A stretch of 32,000 nucleotides of DNA. Source: Nostoc sp. PCC 7120 = FACHB-418 (GTDB lineage: Bacteria; Cyanobacteriota; Cyanobacteriia; Cyanobacteriales; Nostocaceae). The DNA is taken from assembly GCF_000009705.1 (NCBI RefSeq), contig NC_003272.1:3180001-3212000 (forward strand), in the 5' to 3' direction. This document shows, piece by piece, positions 25,740-32,000 of this stretch (position 1 is its first letter; each line of letters starts with the position of its first letter). Under the pieces are notes generated by a model, which saw nothing but the letters and a program-made list of their open reading frames with translations, was not told the DNA's origin and did not search any database. A program made the position numbers and the translations under genes.

Positions 25740-26930
25740 CTACCCCCCAATATCAATCTTTACCCTTACCAACATATAAGTTAAAGCAGCAATTTTAGAA
25801 TTATACTTAGGGTCAATTCGCACCTTAACAGCAATCACCCGTGAATTATCATCCGTTGTAGGGCCTCTTGTATTAGCTGCATTTTGCAGAGTCCTTTTAC
25901 CAATTTGTAAAGCAATCTGTTCAACAGTACCTTTAATTTCACCGCTAAAACCGCCATACTCGCTGCTAATAATTGCCTTTTGTCCTCGACGCACTTTATC
26001 AATATCAGTTTCCGCTACTTCAGCTACAGCAAACATTTGGTTAGTTTGAGCAATTTCGACAATTCCTTGATTTGTATTTACCTGCTCACCAATACGAGTA
26101 TTTATTTTTAATATTTGACCAGCAGAAGGAGCGCGGACTTTGGCATTTTCTAACTGAGCTTTTCTTTGAATGACAGCGATTTTAGCTTTCTCTAAATGCA
26201 CTTTAGAAATTCTGACATCTACGGGACGAATTTCTTTTAATTGTGCTAATGTCGCCTCTTCTTGAGTAATTTGTGCTTGTAAAGTCGTGATAGTTTTCTC
26301 TAATTCTGCTTGGCGTTCCATCAAGGTAGCTTCAGCCGTAGCTAATTCTCTTTTAGCTGTGTCTGCATCTGCAATTGAAATAGCACCTTCAGTAGATAAA
26401 TCTTGGCGACGTTGATAAGTTAATTGTGCTTCTTGTAGGGTTGCTTCTGCACTATTTATAGCTGCTTGCTTTTGGGTAGTTTCTGCTTTCAACTGCGCTT
26501 CTAAACGAGCAATAGTAGCCCTTTGTGCAGCCATTTCCCCTTGTTTCGCTTCACCTTGTTCAACCTTTAAAAGTTCCGCCTCATGCAAGCGTACATTAGC
26601 CTCGGCATCGCGTAAATCTGCTTCTAATTGGTCAATTCCTTGTAAAATTGCGATAACTTGATTGGTTTTAACAAAATCCCCTTCCTTTACCAAAATTTGG
26701 TTAACTCGACTATCTTGAGCATTAGGAACAGAAAGTTTAATTACTTCTCCTTCTGGTTCAATTTGTCCCAGTGCAATTACAGCAGTCACAGGTGCAGGTT
26801 CGACTGCAATTTGAGCAGTAGAATTAATATTCGCCTGTGATGTTGTACAAGCTGTAGATAGACTCAACAAGCCCAAAATAATTGTTAAGTTACACCATTT
26901 TTTCATGAACTTAAAACCTAACCAAAACAC
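25740..26930 (-). CDS. devB: DevB/HlyD-family membrane fusion (periplasmic adaptor) protein.
   Basis: 396-aa ORF. ALGQIEPEGEVIKLSVP...RVNQILVKEGDFVKTNQVIAIL (lipoyl/barrel-sandwich half), a long Ala/Glu/Gln-rich coiled coil, and a C-terminal beta-barrel region. The track start at 26930 is GTG. ATG at 26906-26904 gives MKKWCNLTIILGLLSLSTAC, a signal peptide with a lipobox-like Cys. Confidence 0.85.
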   Translation of the reverse strand: MFWLGFKFMKKWCNLTIILGLLSLSTACTTSQANINSTAQIAVEPAPVTAVIALGQIEPEGEVIKLSVPNAQDSRVNQILVKEGDFVKTNQVIAILQGIDQLEADLRDAEANVRLHEAELLKVEQGEAKQGEMAAQRATIARLEAQLKAETTQKQAAINSAEATLQEAQLTYQRRQDLSTEGAISIADADTAKRELATAEATLMERQAELEKTITTLQAQITQEEATLAQLKEIRPVDVRISKVHLEKAKIAVIQRKAQLENAKVRAPSAGQILKINTRIGEQVNTNQGIVEIAQTNQMFAVAEVAETDIDKVRRGQKAIISSEYGGFSGEIKGTVEQIALQIGKRTLQNAANTRGPTTDDNSRVIAVKVRIDPKYNSKIAALTYMLVRVKIDIGG

Positions 26931-26932
26931 CC

Positions 26933-28003
26933 CTACACCCTTACACCAACCATTGATTTTTTATTTTCCTGCATCAGCTTTAATTGATTGACAAATGGTA
27001 GACTTGCCATCACCAAATCGTAATCTTGCACAAAATCAATTAAGCAAGCAATTTCATCAACACCAGCCGCTTGGATTTGTTCAACAAAGGGAAGACAACT
27101 TGCAGGAGTGCCAATGAGCGATCGCCCTTTCATAAATCCTTCCACGCCAAATTGCAGTAAACTATCAATATCATCTTCCGAGAAGTTTTTGATACTGACA
27201 TTTAACCCCATACCCTTAGCCAGATTTTCCAGCAAGTCGTAGTGAGTTTTGAGATAATTGCAAAAAGGCTGCGTAACTTTTGCTTTCACATCATTGATAT
27301 CATCCCCCAAAAAGGTATGAATCATCAACGCCACTTTCCCCGATTGGGGGTCGTGTCCATGTTTGGCTAAAGATTTCCGATAGAGTTGAATTTTTGGAAC
27401 AATATCATTAAGAGTACCACCTAATAAGGAAGTCAAAACATGAGTTCCTAATTTTCCTGCTTCCACAAAGGTTTCTGAAGATTGACAAGTCATCCAGACG
27501 GGTAGTTCATTTTGTACAGGTCGAGGTAGTGTTTTTACAGTGAAAGTTTTCCCTGTAGCATCTTGACGTTCAATAGCTTCACCCCGCCACAGCTTCCGCA
27601 TCACCTCCAAATCGCGCCACATCACAGCTTTGCGTTGAGCATGGGGTTCACGAGCCAAGACAAAATCATCCACAGTCCAACCAGAAGCAAAAGCGATCGC
27701 TACCCGACCATGTGATAAATTATCCACAACAGCCCACTCTTCCGTAGCCCGTACAGGGTCATGTAAAGGTAACACAAAACTCCCAGCCCGTAGCTGCACC
27801 CTTTCAGTAATCATCGCCAAAGCCGCACTTGTCAGAGTTGGATTAGGGTACAGACCACCAAAAGAGTGAAAATGCCGCTCTGGAGTCCAAACAGCCGTAA
27901 AATCATTAGTATCAGCAAACTTAGCACTCTCTATCAAAAGCTGATATTGATTCGGACGAGCAACAGAACCATCACCATCAAAATAAAACAGACTAAAATC
28001 CAT
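26933..28003 (-). CDS. Stand-alone luciferase-like monooxygenase of the natural-product-biosynthesis subfamily (flavin-dependent).
   Basis: 356-aa ORF. The N-terminus MDFSLFYFDGDGS...YQLLIESAKFADTNDFTAVWTPERHFHSFGGLYPNP matches my memory of the LLM domain found in NRPS/PKS clusters. A TIM-barrel-length protein. A GAGAGG sequence sits 10 nt upstream of the ATG. Confidence 0.8.
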   Translation of the reverse strand: MDFSLFYFDGDGSVARPNQYQLLIESAKFADTNDFTAVWTPERHFHSFGGLYPNPTLTSAALAMITERVQLRAGSFVLPLHDPVRATEEWAVVDNLSHGRVAIAFASGWTVDDFVLAREPHAQRKAVMWRDLEVMRKLWRGEAIERQDATGKTFTVKTLPRPVQNELPVWMTCQSSETFVEAGKLGTHVLTSLLGGTLNDIVPKIQLYRKSLAKHGHDPQSGKVALMIHTFLGDDINDVKAKVTQPFCNYLKTHYDLLENLAKGMGLNVSIKNFSEDDIDSLLQFGVEGFMKGRSLIGTPASCLPFVEQIQAAGVDEIACLIDFVQDYDLVMASLPFVNQLKLMQENKKSMVGVRV

Positions 28004-28020
28004 ACTTTTAAAACCTCTCT

Positions 28021-28060
28021 AAAAAATATCAGTAGAGACATAGCAACGCTACATCTCTAC
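28021..28060 (-). terminator. Intrinsic-terminator-like hairpin plus U-run on the minus strand, between the exoprotein gene and the monooxygenase gene.
   Basis: The minus strand reads GTAGAGATGTAGC-GTT-GCTATGTCTCTAC. That is a 13-bp stem including two G-U pairs and a 3-nt loop. It is followed by TGATATTTTTT, then AGAGAGG and the ATG 10 nt further on. Confidence 0.4.
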
Positions 28061-28150
28061 TCCGCGTACCTCTGCGCTTACCTCCGCGCTACGGCAGTCG
28101 CTTCAAGTCGGCAAAGCCGCCCAACGCGCTGCCTCCCCTCTGCGTTTAAA
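28060..28150. repeat. Composite GC-rich repeat element: CTCCGCG-TA-CCTCTGCG-CTTA-CCTCCGCG, a ~43-nt GC-rich core (GGCAGTCGCTTCAAGTCGGCAAAGCCGCCCAACGCGCTGCC), then CCTCCCCTCTGCG-TTTAAAC.
   Basis: Read directly. The core can fold: GGCAG(T)CGC pairs with GCGCTGCC, with an inner GGC-AAA-GCC mini hairpin. It lies between the exoprotein stop (28157) and the monooxygenase start (28003). Confidence 0.8.
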
Positions 28151-28156
28151 CTTCAT

Positions 28157-31100
28157 TTAAACAACAGTAAACGCCGCAGAACTCAGACTACTAGATTGAA
28201 CAAACTTCAACACAGCCAGAGCCTCATCACCGACCTGAATCAGCGTATCCAAACCACTTTGACTGAAAGTTAGTTGCTCAAAAGTGATACCACCACTCAA
28301 ACCAACCTTTTGACCCAAACTGACTTGGAAATTGTTGATAGTGTCAATACCCGCACCTTGAGCCACAACTATAGTATCTTGACCACCATTCAAGAAGATG
28401 ATGTCATTACCAAGACCACCATTAATCAAGTCATCACCAGAGCCACTGTAGATAATGTCATCACCAGCACCGCCCAGTAAAGTATCTTGACCACCATTAC
28501 CATAGAGGAGATCATTACCGTCACCCCCATCTAATAGATTGTCGCCAGTACCACCAGTTAAGTAATCATTACCAGCACCACCAAGCAAGGTATCTGTACC
28601 AGCACCACCAAACAACGCGTCATTACCCTCGCCACCATCTAAGAGGTCGTCACCAGCACCGCCAAATAGCTTGTCATCACCGCCTCTAGCATAGAGTATG
28701 TCATTACCACCATTACCAAACAGGCTCTCTTCCTCGTCAGTCCCAATCAGGGTATCATCACCTGAAGTCCCAACGGGGTTAGTGGGTTGTTCTGGAGTCA
28801 GATTAAAACTAACTGTGTACTCACCATTTTCAATTCCGAAATCAGCGAATAGCCAACCAGAACCACTACCAACCACATTCGGATCATAATAGTCATTACC
28901 AATCTGACTGATGCCAACATAGTAAGTACCAGTTGTTTCAGCGGTGAACTCTAAGTAAGGGTCATTAAAGGCTGAGAACACCTCATCCGGTGCGGCTTGA
29001 AAGTCATCAAAATCGGTCTTCGCCAGTTCATTACCTTCTGCATCAAAGACTCGCAACTGTGCATACAGTAACTTAGAATCAATTTCCGCCGCATCAACGT
29101 TAATTGACAGCTTCTCCCCTACCTTGAGATTGACTTTGTATAGGTCTACATCCTCAGTTCCGTCAACCTGAATACGTTCCTCACCTTCCCCGACGGTATA
29201 TTCAGCGATTTCGCTATCAAAGGTGACTGTGGTGTTAGTTGTAGTCAACCCAGTTGCGATCGCAGTTGCTAGAGTATCATTAGATTCTTCTAAGGAACTA
29301 GGAGCTAGTTCTGGTGAATCCACTAGTGTCAATGTACCGCTATTAGCTAGGGGGTTAATTTGATAACCATCACCAGCTAAGAGAGTTACAGTAGCCGTTT
29401 CGACACCTTCAGCGATATTATCGTTGGCGATCGCTACACTTAAACTCGCAGTCTTTTCGGTAATCTTCAGAGTGAAGGTATTATCTGCGGCTGAAAATCC
29501 CAGTAATTCCCCTCCCTCTACCACCAAGCTATCTGTGACAAAGTTTTCAGCAATATCAGTCACGCTGACGGTGACAATCACCCCTGCAACTGGTGGGGTA
29601 GCACTCAAGCTAAAATTCAACTTGGCTACCGTTCCTTCTGTCTCAATCAACACCTGTGGTTCAGTGCTGAGACTAACCTGAATTTCCGACTCAGGAGTAT
29701 CTTTAATTGTGATGACAGCCGAACTCTGTTCTGGATTGACAGTGTAACCGACTCCAGGCTTGACCTCAAAATTAAATTCCTCAATCCCTTCAACAATGTC
29801 GGTACTGTTAAATACAGGTAAGGTAATAGTTGCAGTTTGAGCCAACAACTTAAAATAGAAGCCACTAACTGCACCATCGGCGATCGGTACACCACCAGTA
29901 AACTGTGCTTGGAAGATGCTAAACTCATTCAAGGCATCCTGAGCATTGCCACTGATGTAAACTTGTACACCTTCTGCTGGAGGTGGTTCACTCAGAGAAA
30001 TGGTGATTGTGAAAGAAGTTTCCTCAGACTCAATTAATTCTGTGGTGCTAAATGCCAAACTGACTTCTGGAGTCACCGAGGGAGCAGGAACTTGCTCTAG
30101 GGTATCGTAGAAGGTGACAGTAGAACTGCTAGCAGCCGGATTGACTTGGTAGCCAAGGCTTTCCACAATAGTAAATGTAGCCGTTTCTGCCCCGTCAGTT
30201 TCCGCTTCCTCTCGATTTGTGGGATTGAGGGTAATCGTAGCAAAAGATTCCGTCAGCCTGAACCTAAAGCCAATAGCCTCACCAGCTTCGTTGTAAACAG
30301 CATCCAGAAATTCCCCACCACGACTAAAGGGTTTACCGTTGAGATTCCCCCCATAAGGGACTGAATAATCTTCCTCCAAACCACCAAAGTAATCTGTCAG
30401 AACAATATCACTGGTAATAAAAACATCAATCCCCTCTTCGGGAACTTCACCACCAGCAACCAAGACAATATTCAGTGCAGAACCCGCATCTTCCCCAGAT
30501 GTTTCCACCAAAGCCGGGGCTAAAATTTGAAAATCGCGGTTCTCGAAATCATTATTGTAAGTTCCGGCGATCGTTTGTAGAAAGATGGTAGGGCCTGCGC
30601 CATTACCAGGGGGAATTTCCGTCGCTCCAGCTACAAAGCCAGTGGGGTTGTTGAGACTGATGTTGAGGGTATACTCACCAGTACCATACTCATCCGGGTC
30701 GGTGCTGCTATAACCATTACCACTAGCAGGTTTGTTGGGGTCATACTCACTGTTGTTATACAGAGTCACGCCCACATAGTAAACACCGTCACTAGGCGCA
30801 GTAAATTCAATGTAGGACTGGAAACCAGAGTCAAAAACTTCATTTGGGGCTGCACCATCATCATTTGATGCTAATTCTGTACCACTGACATCGAACAGAC
30901 GCAACCAAGTATCTACCTTTCTCCCATCTGCAAATTGATTGGAGTCAGTATCAATTTTGATAGTGTCACCAGCTTTCAGTTCAACTTTGTAGAAGTCTAC
31001 ATCTTCGGAAGCATCTACATAAACTAAACCGTTGTCAGTGACGTAGCTATTATCAAAATCAAAATCCAGGGTGCTGTTAATAGTAAAGAAAGGCGCATCT

Positions 31101-32000
31101 GCACTCAACCTTGTATCAAAAGCTGTGTCAATTGTGTCGTTGGGTTCGCTAACTTCACTCAAAGGTGGTGCTAATTCAGGTACATCAACAATCGTAAAAT
31201 TACCAGAATTCGCAGCCTGATTCACCTGATATCCTGCACCTGGTGACAGGCTAAACACTACCTGTTCATCAGATTCAGCCACACCATCCGCCTGTATAGG
31301 TAGCTGAATTGTTGCCGACTTAGCAGTAATTTTTAAGTCAAATCCATCACTGCGGACAGCGACAATTTCCCCTCCCTCAACTTGGATAGCATCAAGGTTA
31401 AACTCGTTCAGGTTGGGAGCATTTACCGATACAGTCACACCTGCGGCTGGTGGCGTAGCACTGAGATTGAAAGTATGTAGTGATATAGTGCTTTCCGACT
31501 CAATCAGCAATTGTGGAGAAGTGGTGAGACTGACTTGAATTTGGGAGGTTGCATCATCTACAACTGTGATAGTAGCTCCTGATGCAGTTTCATTAATCGT
31601 ATAACCTGGGGCTGATTGCAAATTGAAAGTCAATTCTTCAATACCTTCAACGGCATCATCAGCAAAGGCTGACAGAGTAATACTAGCGGTTTGCTCAGTG
31701 ATTTTAAAGTAAAAACCGTTGGCAGCAAAATTAGGTGCAGGGAAAACTCCCCCCTCAACTTGAGCATTGTAAACATCGAATTCCGATATATCCCGTCCTG
31801 CGGGGTCGCCTTCGCCACCAGTTTGAGTATTACTCTTAACATAAACGAGTACACCTCCGGCTGGTGGTGGTTCACTGAGGGTAAATCTCAGTGTAGTAGT
31901 ATTACCTTCAGCTTCGCTAATAGTGGCATTTTCCACACTCAGGCTGATTTCCGGTGTCACACTAGGGGTAGGTACTTCCTCAAGGCTGGCGTAGAAGGTG
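28157..32000 (-). CDS. Giant secreted calcium-binding repeat protein (Calx-beta-like domains + two PPC pre-peptidase C-terminal domains + RTX nonapeptide block). The N-terminus lies beyond the right edge.
   Basis: The ORF track starts it at GTG 31960, but the frame stays open to nt 32000. The upstream residues TFYASLEEVPTPS|VTPEIS align with the internal unit boundary TFYDTLEQVPAPS|VTPEVS. EPNDTIDTA...DVDFYKV and ESNDTLATA...DVDLYKV are PPC-like. The C-terminal GGAGNDYLTGGTGDNLLDGGDGNDLLYGNGGQDTLLGGAGDD block is RTX. Stop TAA at 28159-28157. Confidence 0.9.
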   Translation of the reverse strand, partial: TFYASLEEVPTPSVTPEISLSVENATISEAEGNTTTLRFTLSEPPPAGGVLVYVKSNTQTGGEGDPAGRDISEFDVYNAQVEGGVFPAPNFAANGFYFKITEQTASITLSAFADDAVEGIEELTFNLQSAPGYTINETASGATITVVDDATSQIQVSLTTSPQLLIESESTISLHTFNLSATPPAAGVTVSVNAPNLNEFNLDAIQVEGGEIVAVRSDGFDLKITAKSATIQLPIQADGVAESDEQVVFSLSPGAGYQVNQAANSGNFTIVDVPELAPPLSEVSEPNDTIDTAFDTRLSADAPFFTINSTLDFDFDNSYVTDNGLVYVDASEDVDFYKVELKAGDTIKIDTDSNQFADGRKVDTWLRLFDVSGTELASNDDGAAPNEVFDSGFQSYIEFTAPSDGVYYVGVTLYNNSEYDPNKPASGNGYSSTDPDEYGTGEYTLNISLNNPTGFVAGATEIPPGNGAGPTIFLQTIAGTYNNDFENRDFQILAPALVETSGEDAGSALNIVLVAGGEVPEEGIDVFITSDIVLTDYFGGLEEDYSVPYGGNLNGKPFSRGGEFLDAVYNEAGEAIGFRFRLTESFATITLNPTNREEAETDGAETATFTIVESLGYQVNPAASSSTVTFYDTLEQVPAPSVTPEVSLAFSTTELIESEETSFTITISLSEPPPAEGVQVYISGNAQDALNEFSIFQAQFTGGVPIADGAVSGFYFKLLAQTATITLPVFNSTDIVEGIEEFNFEVKPGVGYTVNPEQSSAVITIKDTPESEIQVSLSTEPQVLIETEGTVAKLNFSLSATPPVAGVIVTVSVTDIAENFVTDSLVVEGGELLGFSAADNTFTLKITEKTASLSVAIANDNIAEGVETATVTLLAGDGYQINPLANSGTLTLVDSPELAPSSLEESNDTLATAIATGLTTTNTTVTFDSEIAEYTVGEGEERIQVDGTEDVDLYKVNLKVGEKLSINVDAAEIDSKLLYAQLRVFDAEGNELAKTDFDDFQAAPDEVFSAFNDPYLEFTAETTGTYYVGISQIGNDYYDPNVVGSGSGWLFADFGIENGEYTVSFNLTPEQPTNPVGTSGDDTLIGTDEEESLFGNGGNDILYARGGDDKLFGGAGDDLLDGGEGNDALFGGAGTDTLLGGAGNDYLTGGTGDNLLDGGDGNDLLYGNGGQDTLLGGAGDDIIYSGSGDDLINGGLGNDIIFLNGGQDTIVVAQGAGIDTINNFQVSLGQKVGLSGGITFEQLTFSQSGLDTLIQVGDEALAVLKFVQSSSLSSAAFTVV
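28370..28768 (-). repeat. RTX (GGxGxD-type nonapeptide) calcium-binding repeat block, about 14 units, inside the exoprotein gene.
   Basis: Residues ~1065-1197 of the listed ORF: GNGGNDILY ARGGDDKLF GGAGDDLLD GGEGNDALF GGAGTDTLL GGAGNDYLT GGTGDNLLD GGDGNDLLY GNGGQDTLL GGAGDDIIY SGSGDDLIN GGLGNDIIF. Confidence 0.85.

Noticed and set aside
25663-26930. The non-ATG starts used by the ORF track for the devC-like (TTG 25671) and devB-like (GTG 26930) genes.
   Set aside because: They are not rejected as genes, but in-frame ATGs at 25665 and 26906 give more conventional N-termini (MLYIFKK..., and MKKW... with a signal peptide). The exact starts remain uncertain without homologue alignment.
27866-28273. 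135-aa plus-strand ORF spanning the monooxygenase start, the intergenic repeat element and the exoprotein 3' end.
   Set aside because: It overlaps two well-supported minus-strand genes. Its middle part (..LHLYSAYLCAYLRATAVASSRQSRPTRCLPSAF..) is just a translation of the GC-rich repeat. There is no independent coding evidence.
3625-30364. About 25 small plus-strand ORFs (60-96 aa) in the supplied track, for example 3625-3822, 4761-4949, 6112-6354, 7141-7407, 13690-13914, 21378-21614, 25147-25437 and 29424-29681.
   Set aside because: Each lies wholly or mostly antisense within a long minus-strand gene that has clear domain motifs. Their translations are low-complexity with no recognisable motifs and no upstream ribosome-binding sequence. 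They are typical shadow ORFs.
7828-31875. Minus-strand alternative-frame ORFs 7828-8010, 29647-29928 and 31630-31875.
   Set aside because: They are out of frame inside the Gly-module NRPS and the exoprotein gene. Those frames are supported by continuous domain motifs and these are not.
31958-31960. GTG at 31960 as the true start of the exoprotein, as in the ORF track.
   Set aside because: The frame stays open to nt 32000. The 13 upstream codons (TFYASLEEVPTPS) align with the end of the internal repeat unit (TFYDTLEQVPAPS), so the gene is truncated by the window.
22824-31960. RTX exoprotein + HlyD-family protein + ABC transporter as a classical type I secretion locus.
   Set aside because: The adaptor and permease are DevB/DevC (MacAB-like) types. 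The ABC protein has an LSVGEQQRL-type signature and no C39-like N-terminal domain. A monooxygenase gene and a terminator-like hairpin separate them from the exoprotein gene. It is kept only as an alternative in the devBC finding.

Overview
Every supported gene in this AT-rich window is on the minus strand. The source looks like a filamentous heterocystous cyanobacterium (Nostocales type): at least 18 HIP1 palindromes (GCGATCGC), STRR-like heptamer arrays, and DevB/DevC-family genes. In transcription order (right to left) the genes are: the last ~3.8 kb of a giant Calx-beta/PPC/RTX calcium-binding exoprotein gene whose N-terminus lies off the right edge; a stand-alone natural-product-type luciferase-like monooxygenase; a DevB-family membrane fusion protein; a DevC-family FtsX-type permease; a fused ABC permease/ATPase; and a colinear hybrid NRPS-PKS assembly line. 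The assembly line reads C-A-T-E | C-A-T-C-A-T-E | C-A-T | KS-AT-KR-T | C-A..., and the last gene runs off the left edge and is missing from the ORF track. Hand-extracted specificity codes predict D-Asn, Ser, D-Val, Gly, one malonate with ketoreduction, then probably Ala. No loading module or thioesterase is visible. The most unusual signal is at the DNA level. (1) Tandem heptanucleotide arrays, some matching STRR1/STRR3, sit in frame inside the megasynthase genes, and all four complete A domains carry a different array in the same loop just upstream of core A7, next to a HIP1 site. (2) A GC-rich CGCAGAGG-type repeat sits in five of the intergenic spacers, is inserted in frame in two enzyme domains, and supplies the C-terminus of the ABC protein. 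Other points of interest are a PKS module ending in an NRPS-type carrier domain, devB-devC coupled to a full half-transporter instead of devA, and a terminator-like hairpin immediately upstream of the monooxygenase ribosome-binding site. All calls come from reading the sequence and translations by eye. No database search was run.
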